64,000 nucleotides of DNA from Octopus vulgaris (taxonomy: Eukaryota), in NCBI GenBank assembly GCA_951406725.2, contig OX597837.1, positions 11,718,001 through 11,782,000 on the forward strand, written 5' to 3'. The notes under the pieces are model-generated. The model was not told the origin of the DNA. It saw nothing but the letters and a program-made list of their open reading frames with translations, and did no database searches. The number at the start of each line of letters is the position of its first letter. Within the stretch, counting starts at the first letter, position 1. Positions 27,417 to 39,605 of this stretch are shown here, one piece after another. A program made the translations under genes and the position numbers.

Positions 27417-27419
<3 letters not shown>
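27354..27419 (-). pseudogene. 5'-truncated tRNA-Arg(TCT) copy
   Basis: Minus strand TAGTGCAGTGGATAGCGTG-CTGGA-CTTCTAA-TCCAG-AGGCC-GTGGGTTCGAGTCCCAC-CAGGGATG, then a T5 run; D, anticodon and T arms are present but the 5' acceptor strand is replaced by (TA)n. Confidence 0.75.
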
Positions 27420-27454
<35 letters not shown>

Positions 27455-27460
<6 letters not shown>

Positions 27461-27986
27461 AATTAAGGACTGAACACGAAAAAGTGGACAGTCAACATGC
27501 TAGATATAGACGTCAAATCGCCATTCTCCACAAAAGATTATGTTCTCAAATAAAATAAAATTCAGCACGACCCAAAGCAATAGATAAGACAAAAGAAATA
27601 TACTAAATGGAATAATCACCTGTGTACCGAACGGTTTCAGTTATTAATATCACAAGGATATCTGTAACTTCGTCAGCACAGTTTGTTATGAAAATAATTT
27701 GCTGTACTAGATGAAAAACGATACCGGAGTCTCGTATGCAAAAAGTACAACCGATTAAGTTCGAATGTATCTTTCAAATGCCTTTACTTTTGGCGCGCTG
27801 AGACTCGAAAAACCAGCCTGCAGCTAATATCTATATCTATATAATAGCTATATCTAGCATGTTGACTGTCCACTTTTTCGTGTTCAGTCCTTAATTGGTA
27901 TATATAAATATTTTAATCTTCGGATTCTTTTTAATATGCTAGACCACTGGTTTTAATTGACTAATATCAATTTTTACCCTTAATTA

Positions 27987-27990
<4 letters not shown>
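27455..27990. mobile_element. Fold-back element in (TA)n carrying a hammerhead
   Basis: Inverted arms about 27455-27519 and 27848-27904, tail to 27990, (TA)n on both sides. Confidence 0.65.
27620..27681 (-). ncRNA. Type I hammerhead ribozyme
   Basis: Minus strand reads CUGUG-CUGACGA-AGUUA..UAACU-GAAA-CCG-UU-CGG-UA-CACAG; all core nucleotides present, stems I/II/III complementary, GUA cleavage triplet. Confidence 0.85.
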
Positions 27991-28035
<45 letters not shown>

Positions 28036-28209
28036 CACATAATATAATGAATATATATATATACATACATACATAATACATATATATATGTACATACATA
28101 TATATACATATATATATATACATATATATACGTATATATACATATATATATACATAAATATACATATATATATACATAAATATACATATATGTATATACA
28201 TATATATAT

Positions 28210-28800
28210 ACAAGATAAGAAAATGGAGAAATACATCTAAATCAAATATCAATTACCAGATAATACTCAATCACATACTTTATTAAACCACCACATAAGA
28301 GAGTGTAGGGTTAGATATAAAAAGCAGAACAAATCAGTGTACATAAAGGAATGTACATAAAAAAGTGTACATAAAAGAGTAATGTTGTATAATAAGTAGA
28401 ATATATATAAAAGAGAATATAAATATAAGTAAATATATATTTATATTCTCTTTTATATATATTCTACTTACTATACAACATTATTTTTTTATGTACACTG
28501 ATTTGTTCTGCTTTTTATATCTAACCCTTCAGTCTCTTATGTGGTGGTTTAATAAAGTATATAATTGAGTATTATCTGGTAATTGATATTTGATTTAGAT
28601 GTATTTCTCCATTTTCTTATCTTGTATTAGTAATTTGTAGTAAATCATTTTACCTTTGCATATGTAATACAGTAAATGAATTGATTACATCGCAATCATT
28701 AACATTTATGTATTAACTTTGTTGGGTACTTCACTAGCAGTATATTGGATATATGTTATCCCATGGAGGGTTGCATTTACAACCCCTATCTCAATTTGTA
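28210..28800. mobile_element. Fold-back element in (TA)n
   Basis: About 200-bp inverted arms spanning 28210-28626; the tail 28644-28800 recurs near-identically at 49101-49260. Confidence 0.65.
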
Positions 28801-28827
28801 TATACATATATATATATATATATATAT

Positions 28828-30508
28828 CATCATCATCATCATCATCATTTAGCGTCCGTTTTCCATGCTAGCATGGGTTGGATGGTTCAACTGGGGTCTG
28901 TGAAACCGGAAGGCTTCATCAGGCCCAGTCAGATCTGGCAGTGTTTCTACGGCTGGATGCCCTTCCTAACGCCAACCACTCCGTGAGTGTAGTGGGTGCT
29001 TTTTACGTGCCACCCACACAGGTGCCAGACAGAGCTGGCAAACAGCCACGAACAGATGGTGCTTTTACGTGCCACCGGCACGAGGGCCAGGCGAGGCTGG
29101 CAACGGACACGCACGGATGGTGCTTTTACGTGCCACCGGCACAGGGGCCAGGCGAGGCTGGCAACGGACACGAACGGATGGTGCTTTTTACGTGCCGCCG
29201 GCACGAGGCCAGTCGGGGTGGCGCTGGCAACGGTCACGAACGTATGGTTCTCTTACGTGCCACCGGCACTGGTAACTCAGCTGCAATTTCCATTGATCGA
29301 TTTCGATTCTGATCCTCACTTGCCTCAACAGGTCTTCACAAGTAGAGTTTTGTGTCCCAAGAAGGGAAGGTATGCATACGTAGGCTGGCTCCATCCCATG
29401 TAGAAGGCCACGGGTCATGGTCTCACTTGTCCTGCCGGGTCTTCTCGCGCACAACATACTTCCAGAGGTCTCGGTCTCTAGTCATTTCCTCAGTGAGACC
29501 TAAAGTTCGAAGGTCGTGCTTCACCACCTCGTCCCAGGTTTTCCTGGGTCTGCCTCTTCCACAGGTTCCCTCAACCGCTAGGGTGTGGCACTTTTTCACA
29601 CAACTATCTTCATCCATTCTCGCCACATGCCCATACCAGCGCAAACGTCTCTCTTGCACACCACAATTGATGCTTCTTAGGTCCAGCTTTTCTCTCAAGG
29701 TACTTACACTCTGTCGAGTATGAGTACTGACATTACACATCTATCGGCGCATACTGGCTTCATTTCTTGCGAGCTTACGCATATCCTCAGCAGCACGGCC
29801 CATGTTTCACTGCCATGTAGCATGGCTGTTCGTACACACACATCATACAGTCTGCCTTTTACTCTGTGCGAGAGGCCTTTTGTCACCAGCAGAGGTAAGA
29901 GCTCTCTGAACTTTGCCCAAGCTATTCTTACTCTAGCAGTTACACTTTCAGCACACCCGCCCCCGCTGCTGACTTGGTCACCTAGGTAACGGAAGCTATC
30001 AACTATTTCTAGTTTTTCTCCCTGGAAAGTGACGGAAGTTGGTCTCAGAGCATTTTCAGTGTTTATTGTTCCTGAGCATCTGCCACATACAAAAACCATC
30101 TTCCTAGTTAGCCTTCCTTTGACATTGCTGCACCTCTTATGTGTCCATTGCTTACACTTGGTGCATCTTATAGAGTTTCTACCTACACCTTTTCTACAGA
30201 TCGAGCAGGGCCATCTACCTGAAGGCGTTTGTGATTTGTCTACCTTCCTACTGATTACGACTTTGGTTTTAGCTAGATTGACTCTGAGGCCCTTCGATTC
30301 TAATCCTTGTTTCCACACCTGAAACTTCTCCTCCAGTTCTGATAGTGATTCAGCAATTAGAGCAAGGTCATCAGCATAGAGGAGCTCCCAAGGGCATCCT
30401 GTCTTGAATTCCTCCGTTATTGCCTGGAGGACTATGATAAATAGGAGGGGGATGAGGACTGAGCCTTGGTGGACCCCTACCCGGAATTCTTCACTGTACT
30501 CGTTGCCA
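28828..30508 (-). mobile_element. 5'-truncated RTE-clade LINE (RT C-terminal half, 3' UTR, (GAT)n tail)
   Basis: Minus strand GVHQGSVL.PLLF, LLYADD near 30368-30385, FRYLG, RRLRWYGHV.RM, GRGRPRKTW; frameshifted; the 3' UTR has about 60-bp tandem subrepeats. Confidence 0.9.
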
Positions 30509-30618
30509 TATATATATATATTTCATTTTCATTTTCATTTAGCGTCCGCTTTCCATGCTAGCATGGGTTGGACGCACACACACTCACACACACATATATA
30601 TATATATATATATAAAAA

Positions 30619-31103
30619 ACAGTAGACGACAGGACAAAAACCTTAAAAAACACCTAACAAGAGAGAAATTCTCTTCAGAAACTAAAACGGAATTCTTTGC
30701 AAAAGAGTGCGGAGATGGTAGATGTGGGACCTGCAGCAACCCCACCTACAAATACATAGAGAGCAACAGAGAGATAAGATTTAAAAATGGTGACATATTC
30801 AAAGTAAATGCAGATATGAACTGCAAGACGCAGAACGTCATATACTGCATAACCTGCCCCACGTGCAAGGAGAATTACGTAGGTGAAACTGGTAATTCTT
30901 TGTGCCAGCGAGCCAGTATCCACCAACAACATATCCGGCAGGAAGAACTACGCAAAATACCACTAAGCACACACCTAGCTACATGTGGAGAAGGAAAATT
31001 TAAGATATTTCCCTTCTACAAGTGTCCGAAGAACGACACCTCCTTCAGGAGGAATATGGAAAAACATTTCATAGCTAAGTTCTCCCCCAAATTAAATGGC
31101 TGA
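30619..31103 (+). mobile_element. Penelope-like element fragment (GIY-YIG endonuclease, Neptune-like Cys linker)
   Basis: Translation has CGDGRCGTC, then NVIYCITCPTCKENYVGETG..L.QR...H and E..FI.KF.P.LN; the 5' end abuts (TA)n; followed by a direct duplication with a 310-bp period (31119/31429). Confidence 0.85.
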
Positions 31104-31390
31104 AACTTTACTCAACATACATTGAAGGACAAATTTTTCGATTTACAATATGATACAGTGGAACATTTAATATATGTGTGTATATATATATATATATATA
31201 GGTGTGTGTGTATGTATATGTTACCTGTTATATACATTATATTGTTTTTGCAATTCACTTGATCTTTACTTGCCAATTGTCATTCTAATTTTAACCTTCC
31301 TATGATATGCAATTTTCAAGATGGTGTAATTTGATTGTTCATTTTGATTCGATAGAAGGTGGGTTTCTTTCTAATATTTCATGTGTAAGC

Positions 31391-31429
<39 letters not shown>

Positions 31430-31490
31430 CATTGAAGGACGCATCTTTCGATTTACAATCTAATATAGTAGAACATTTAGTATATGTCTG

Positions 31491-31533
<43 letters not shown>

Positions 31534-32172
31534 GTGTGTGTATATATGTGTATTGCCTGTTATATACATTATATTATATTATTATCTTTATAATTTACTT
31601 CCATCTTTACCTTTTAATTGTCACTTTAATTTTAACTTTCCTATGATATACAATTTTCAAGATGGTGTAATTTGGTTGTTCATTTTGAACCGATAAAAAG
31701 GTTTTTTTCAAATATTTTATGTATAAGTCTGTGTGTGTGTATATATATGTATTGGTATAAATATCAACACACAAAAATTTTTTTTTCTTCTTCTCCACTT
31801 CCACCCTTATTTTTATTTATTTTTTATTTATTTTTCATTTTTTTATTTTTTATTTTTTTATTATTTTTTTATTTTTATATTTATTTTTATTTTCCCTTTT
31901 CTCTTTTTGTCTCTCTCCCCTTCTCCAAACACACAGAGACACACACACACACACACACACGCGCACAAACACACACGCACACACAGAGACACACACACAC
32001 ACCTCCACAAAACCATCATAAAAAGTATGACCCCAAATGACATTTGTCCGGCCAGCCTACCCACAACACACACTCAGTGACACCAGAAAGGACAGAGAGC
32101 CAAAATTCTTAGAAAACCATAGGGGGTCCAGCAGGCCAACGGAAATACTTCTTCTTCCCTCTCAGATACAAA

Positions 32173-32224
<52 letters not shown>

Positions 32225-32512
32225 TACATACACATACACACATGTTTTCTCTGTCTCACTTCCTCCTCACCCTCTTATACTGTCTTATTCCTCCCCACTA
32301 CTACGAAACTCTATAAAATGTTCAAATTCCCCACAAAGGAATTGATTTGATTTGAAAACCCCACTGGATTGGGAGAAAGCAATGATATGATCTGAATGAT
32401 ATGATATATATATGTAAAAAATGTAATATATAAATAAATATCTATAAATATGAACCATCCGATCTGATTACCTCACTTTTTCTAATATATATATATTTAT
32501 ATACATGCATAC

Positions 32513-32544
<32 letters not shown>

Positions 32545-32555
32545 ACACATATATT

Positions 32556-32597
<42 letters not shown>

Positions 32598-32654
32598 CAT
32601 ATCTATCTATGTATGCCTATATTATTATTCTCTTTTTATTCTATTTTTTAACAG

Positions 32655-32790
32655 AGACTTAGATAAATATGACCTGGAATATAACTGGTATGTGGCAATG
32701 GATGACTTTGATATCAGCAAAATGTTTCATTTTACATCTGAAATGATCTTGTTTGAATTACTAAACAGAATCTCTATAACAATTGTCGAG
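32655..32790 (+). CDS. FAM8A1: FAM8A1 coding exon 3
   Basis: ttttttaacag acceptor, gtaggt donor; encodes (I)DLDKYDLEYNWYVAMDDFDISKMFHFTSEMILFELLNRISITIVE; 136 nt, phases fit both neighbours. Confidence 0.88.
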
Positions 32791-33189
32791 GTAGGTCAAC
32801 TTTGTCTCAATTCATTGTCATTTAGTCACTCTTTTTAGCAGTGCTCGACACCTAAGCACTGTACTCTTGTTATATAATTATGTTCTGGGTTTTTTTTTTT
32901 TTGAAAAGAGAATCACTTCACTGTGTGTGTGTATGTGTGGTCATGTGTGTGTAAGACGGTATTTCCTTAACTATCCCTCTGTCATATTTTAACCTTTAGT
33001 ACACTGTAGGTGCATTATGTCACAGGGGTGGCTGTGTGGTAAGTAGCTTGCTTACCAACCACGTGGTTCCGGGTTCAGTCCCACTGCGTGGCATCTTGGG
33101 CAAGTGTCTTCTACTTTAGCCTCGGGCCGACCAAAGCCTTGTGAGTGGATTTGGTAGACGGAAACTGAAAGAAGCCCGTCGTATATATG

Positions 33190-33222
<33 letters not shown>

Positions 33223-36200
33223 TTGTGTGTCTGTGTTTGTCCCCTTAGTATTGCTTGACAACTGATGCTGGTGTGTTTATGTCCCCGTCACTTAGCGGTT
33301 CGGCAAAAGAGACCGATAGAATAAGTACTGGGCTTACAAAAAGATTAAGTCCCGGGGTCGATTTGCTCGACTAAAAGGTGGTGCTCCAGCATGGCCGCAG
33401 TCGAATGACTAAAACAAGTAAAAGAGTATGTGTTTTCTCCCCTGTAGTAACGGGACAGTGGCAGGGAAAACAATTCTAGAGAAAAGGCAGTGTCCTAAAG
33501 GTCAACCTCTCATCACCTGGCATAAAGCTGCCTCCCTCCACCCGTTTCATACAAACCTGCCTGAAACCAGCCCTAGTTCTGTGATATAAAATTCCTGTTT
33601 TAAAGTAATCCGAATCAAAACCTTAATTAATGTTCTAAGCAGTAGTTTCATAGGGACAAAGTTATTTTAATAAATGCTTCATCATCATCATCATTTAACG
33701 TCCGCTTTCCATGCTGGCATGGGTTGGACGATTTGACTGAGGTCTGGCGAACCAGACTCCAGTCTGATCTGGCAGAGTTTTTGTAGTTAGACACCTTTCC
33801 TAACGCCAACCACTCCGAGAGTGTAGTAGGTGCTTTTTACGTGTCACCGGCATGAGGGCCAGTGTGGTGGTACTGGCAACGGCCATGCCCAAATGTGCCA
33901 CCTGCACAGAAAAACACTTGGTCCAAATCCCACAGCGTAGGATCGAACCGCAAATTCATGACTGCCAAGCAAATTTAACCACTGGGCCATAAAATAAAGC
34001 AACATATTTCAGCAGAAATATGATTATGAAAGGGTTAAAAACTACATGCCCCCTCCCCTGTTGAGAGGGTTTTGTCTTGCAAGTTACTTGGTGAACCCCA
34101 TTGGTGCTGGTACCACATAAAAATCTACCAGTATCCTTTTTGAAGTGGTTGGCATTAGGAAGGACATCCAGCCACAGAAACTCTGCCCAAGAAGACATCG
34201 GTGTCCGATGCAGTGCCTCTGCTTGTTGGCTCCTGTTGCGCCAGCCAACTCGTGCCACCTTGGAAAACGAACATTAAACGACAATGATGACACACTTTTA
34301 CTCTTTTACTTATTTCAGTCATTTTGACTGTGGCCATGCTGCAGCACCGCTTTTAGTCGAGCAAGGACTTATTCTTTGACCCCGGGACTTATTCTTTGTA
34401 AGCCTAGTACTTACTCTATCGGTCTCTTTTGCTGAACCGCTAAGTTACAGGGACGTAAACACACCAGCATCAGTTGTCAAGCGATGTTGGGGGGACAAAC
34501 ACAGACACACATACACACACACACACATATACATATATAGGACAAGCTTCTTTCAGTTTCCGTCTACCAAATCCACTCACAAGGCTTTGGTCGGCCTGAG
34601 GCTATAGTAGAAGACACTTGCCCAAGGTGCCATACAGTGGGACTGAACCCAGAACCATGTGGTTGGTAAACAAGCTACTTACCACACAGCCACTCCTACG
34701 TCTATGATGATTATAATGATTTATATTATATTTTTTACTGGTTACTAGTCGCTGCTTCATTGTGACCGCAGCCATTAATGGCACCTGTGCCGGTGGCACG
34801 TAAAAAGCACCCACTACACTCGCGGAGTGGTTGGCGTTAGGAAGGGCATCCAGCCGTAGAAACATTGCCAGATCAGACTGGAGCCTGGTGCAGCCTTCTG
34901 GCTTCCCAGACCCCGGTCAAACCGTCCAACCCGTGCTAGCGCGGAAAACGGACGTTAAACGACGATGATGATGATGATAGCTTAGCGTCACGACACGACA
35001 CCAAAGCAGGATGGTGTGGATGATCGTTTGAATTATTATCAGATGGTGTACGTAGTGGAGAGGCTGAGAGAGAGAGGAAGGGAGAGGGGAGAGCGAGAGA
35101 AAGGAAATGAATGAGTGACAGCTGGTCGGGTCTGTGGCATTGTATATTTCATGTTCATTACTCTGCCAATAAAAACTGCTGTCAGCAGTCTACAGCACAG
35201 GCATGGCTCTGTGGGTAAGGAGGTTTGTTTCACAACCATATGGTTCCAGGTTCAATCCCTATTTCTTTACTACCCACAAGAGGCTAAACACAGAGAGGAC
35301 AAACAAGGACAGACAAACGGATTAAGTCGATTACATCGACCCCAGTGCATAACTGGTACTTAATTTATCGACCCCGGAAGGATGAAAGGCAAAGTCGACC
35401 TCGGCGGAATTTGAACTCAGAACGTATCGACAGACGAAATACCGCTAAGCATTTCACCCGGCGCGCTACCGTGTGTGCCAGCTCGCCGCCTTTACAGCTT
35501 TTATATATTTTAGTGGATGGTGGAGGGAAGGCACAGGGGGAGTTAAATCTTGACCCTACCTTGTTAGGAACACTTGATCTTGTAAGACAAGAAGTTAGTT
35601 AATATATGGTGGTCCGAAGGCGGCGATCTGGCAAAAACGTTAGCACACCGGGCGAAATGCTTAGCAGTATTTCATAAGACAAACGGATTAAGTGGATTAT
35701 ATCGACGCCAGTGCATAACTGGTACTTAATTTATCGACCCCCGGAAGGATGAAAGGCAAAGTCGACCTCGGCGGAATTTGAACTCAGAACGTAATGGCAG
35801 ACGAAATACAGCTACGCATTTCGCCCGGTATGCTAACTTTTCTGCCAGCTCGCCAGGTTCAATCCTATGGAATGATGTCTTGGGCAGCTGTCTTCCGCTT
35901 TAGTATCTACTTTATTAGAGACCCCCTCCATATTATCTGGAGAGGGTCTCTAATAATATATTATAAATATTGTCCTATTTATAACAATAGGACAAAATTT
36001 ATCATGTTTACTCTCAACTGAAGTAAGGCCCTATAACCTCTCTACCTCCTCCTGGTCCAATAGAAAAAAAAGGACCTTATGGAGGGGCTCTCTAACAATC
36101 TAATAAAAACTGCTGTTGGCAGTGTACAGTGCAGGCATCTCTTTGTGGGTAAGGAGGTTTGTTTCACAACCGTATGGTTCCAGATTCAATCCCGTGGGCA

Positions 36201-36435
36201 AGCTGTCTTCCCCTATAGTATCTAGTCGACCTAGATCTTGTTGGTGCTTGTAAGGAAAGGCAAAGGCCAATACGGCTTGGCCACAGTGATGTCGCAACTC
36301 TTTTTTACAGCTGAGCGAACTGGGGCAATGTGAAATAAAGTGTCTTGCTCAAGAACATAACACACAGCCTGATACAGGAATCAAACTCACTACCTCACGT
36401 GATATATATATTTATATATGTAATATATATATTTA

Positions 36436-36477
<42 letters not shown>

Positions 36478-36572
36478 GGTGTATATGTAATATATGTATG
36501 TGTGTGTATACATCATATATCTATATATATATGATACTATTTTGAAAATGGTCTTTTATTTTCCATTTGCAG

Positions 36573-36724
36573 ACAATGTGTTTACAACGAGGAATCGGTG
36601 TTGTTGGTGGTTCCACTCCAGGCAAAAGACTTTTAGGTATGAAAGTTGTGTCGTGTACAGAAATCTCTGACCTTGGTAATGGACGAATACGCGTGACCCC
36701 GGCCCAAGATATCGGACTCAACAG
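36573..36724 (+). CDS. FAM8A1: FAM8A1 coding exon 4
   Basis: tttgcag acceptor, gtagga donor; encodes TMCLQRGIGVVGGSTPGKRLLGMKVVSC...; contains the RDD-family G.TPGK..LG..VV motif; 152 nt. Confidence 0.93.
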
Positions 36725-36802
36725 GTAGGAGTTCCATGTGTGGTCACTTTTGTTGTTTCAAAGGGCAGTAGAGCCAACTCCAGGGTAGCAGAAAAGGTTT
36801 CA

Positions 36803-37695
36803 GTACAGTGGAGTCAGCTCCAGGGTAGTGGATGGTGGTGGGCACCTCCACATTAGTGGAGGAAGTTATAGGATAGTGGAGTCAGCTCCAGGGTAGTGGA
36901 TGGTGGAGGGCACCTCCATGTTAGTGGAGGAAGTTATAGGATAGTGGAGTCAGCTCCAGGGTAGTGGATGGTGGAGGGCACCTCCATGTTAGTGGAGGAA
37001 GTTATAGGATAGTGGAGTCAGCTCCAGGGTAGTGGATGGTGGTGGGCACCTCCATGTTAGTGGGGGAAGTTATAGGATAGTGGAGCCTGCTCCAGAGTAG
37101 TGGATGGTGGAGGGAACCTCCATGTTAGTGGGGGAGGTTATAGGATAGTGGAGCCAGCTCCAGGGTAGTGGATGGTGGAGGGCACCTCCACATTAGTGGG
37201 GGAAATTATAGGATAGTGGAGCCAGCTCCAGGGTAGTGGATGGTGGAGGGCACCTCCACATTAGTGGAGGAACTTATAGGATAGTGGAGTCAGCTCCAGG
37301 GTAGTGGATGGTGGTGGGCACCTCCACATTAGTGGGGGAAGTTATAGAATAGTGGAGCCTGCTCCAGAGTAGTGGATGGTAGAGGGCACCTCTATGTTAG
37401 TGGGGGAAGTTATAGGATAGTGGAGACTGCTCCAGGGTAGTGGATGGTGGAGGGAACCTCCATGTTAGTGGGGGAGGTTATAGGATAGTGGAGCCAGCTC
37501 CAGGGTAGTGGATGGTGGAGGGCACCTCCATGTTAGTGGGGGAAGTTATAGGATAGTGGAGCCTGCTCCAGGGTAGTGGATGGTGGAGGGCTCCTCCATG
37601 TTAGTGGGGGAAGTTATAGGATAGTGGAGCCTGCTCCAGGGTAGTGGATGGTGGAGGGCACCTCCATGTTAGTGGACCCAGCTCCAGGGTAGTGG
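36803..37695. repeat. 68-bp minisatellite, about 13 copies
   Basis: Unit GGATAGTGGAGTCAGCTCCAGGGTAGTGGATGGTGGAGGGCACCTCCATGTTAGTGGAGGAAGTTATA; starts at 36871 and 36939. Confidence 0.95.
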
Positions 37696-38773
37696 AGACA
37701 GAGGGTGACAGTTCCAAGATAGTGAAGCTGGATCTAGGATAATGGGATAGCAGCTACAGGTTTGTGGAACCAGTTTCGTAGTAGTGAACCCGGCTCCTCA
37801 CTAATGGAGCCAGCTTCAGGATTGAGGGTCAAGTTCCAGGGTGGTGGTCAGCAGATCCAGTCACTCTCTGTAAACTTTCATTTCTTCGTTGGTTTTCAGA
37901 TTACTCCAAGTATGTTTACTCTTTTACTTGTTTCAGTCATTTGACTGCGGCCATGCTGGAGCACCGCCTTTAATCGAGCAACTCGACCCCAGGACTTACT
38001 CTTTTGTAAGCCCAGTAATTATTCTATCGGTCTCTTTTGCCGAACCGCTAAGTGACGGGGACATAAACACACCAGCATTGGTTGTCAAGCAATGCTAGGG
38101 GGACAAATACAGACACACAAACATATACACACACATATAAATATATACGACGGGCTTCTTTCAGTTTCCGTCTACCAAATCCACTCACAAGGCTTTGGTC
38201 GACCTGAGGCTATAGTAGAAGACACTTGCCCAAGGTGTCCCGCAGTGGGACTGAACCCGGAACCATGCAGTTGGTAAACAAGCTACTTACCACACAGCCA
38301 CTCCTGCTTATTTTTCTTATATGTTTATTTTATTTTCTAATAGGCACAGGAGTGGCTGTGTGGTAAGTAGCTTGCTAACCAACCACATGGTTCCGGGTTC
38401 AGTCCCACTGCGTGGCATCTTGGCCAAGTGTCTTCTGCTATAGCCCCGGGCCGACCAATGCCTTGTGAGTGGATTTGGTAGACGGAAACTGAAAGAAGCC
38501 TGTCGTATATATGTATGTATATGTATGTGTGTGTATATGTTTGTGTGTCTGTGTCTGTCCCCGTTACTTGGAGGTTTGGCAAAAGTGACCGATAGAATAA
38601 GTACTGGGCTTACAAAAGAATAAGTCCCGGGGTCGATTTGCTCGATTAAAAAAGGCGGTGCTCCAGCATGGCCGCAGTCAAATGACTGAAACAAGTAAAA
38701 GAGAGTAATATTTTTCCCACTCTCTCTCTCTCTATCCTTCTCTCTATCTCTCTTCTTTCTTTCTCTTTTTCAG

Positions 38774-38927
38774 TGCACTACTGCGATCAGTGTTGAAAAA
38801 CTTCACCATAGCTTTCTTCTTCCCAGCTTGTCTCACAGTCTTCTTCTTCGACCATAACCGTGCTGCGTACGACGTCCTCGCTGGCAGTATCGTCGTGCAA
38901 CCCATCGACGAAGCTGGAGAAGTCTGA
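38774..38927 (+). CDS. FAM8A1: FAM8A1 coding exon 5 (terminal)
   Basis: ttttcag acceptor; encodes (S)ALLRSVLKNFTIAFFFPACLTVFFFDHNRAAYDVLAGSIVVQPIDEAGEV*, matching the FAM8A1 C-terminus (KNF.IA.FFPA..T..FF.HNR.AYD..AG.IVV). Total CDS 1839 nt. Confidence 0.95.
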
Positions 38928-39044
38928 GACCTTCTCTCCCCCTCAACTTTCGCCTTCGTTCAACTGTTTTGTCGTTTAGTGATGTTGTTGTTCTTGTTGT
39001 TTGGAGAGCATTTTTCTGAACTTTTTCCTTCTCAAAACCTGTTT

Positions 39045-39605
39045 CCTTCTATCTATTTCTCTCTGTCTCTCTATCTGTTTCTATTTGTCTATCTATTTAT
39101 CTCATTGCCTATTTTTATTTTTCTATCTATCTCTTTATCTACCTTTCTATCTATCTATCTATCTACTTCTATATATCTCTGTTTATCCCTCATCTCTTTA
39201 TCTCTATCTATGAATCTGCCTGTGTCTGTTTCTTTCTCTCTCTCTCTCCATCTATTTATCTATGTATCTATGCACCTATCTATCTATCTGTCTGTCTATC
39301 TACCTACCTATCTATCTAGCTAGCTGTCTCTGTCTGTCTATCTACCTATCTATCTACCTATCTATCTACCTATCTGTCTGTCTGTCTCTATATTACTCTA
39401 TCTACCTACTTGTCTATCTATCTGTCTCTGTCTATCTATCATCTATCTATCTATCTATCTATCTATCTACCTACCTATCTAGCTAGCTAGCTATCTCTGT
39501 CTTTCTATCTATCTATCTACCTGTCTATCTATCTCCATATTGCTCTGTCTATCTATCTACCTACCTATCTATATATCTATCTGTCTGTCTGTCTATCTGT
39601 CTCTT
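39045..39605. repeat. (TATC)n-rich tract after the FAM8A1 stop
   Basis: Direct reading. Confidence 0.9.

Noticed and set aside
36803-37695. CRISPR-like appearance of regular repeats
   Set aside because: Units are contiguous with no unique spacers, there are no cas genes, and the context is eukaryotic.
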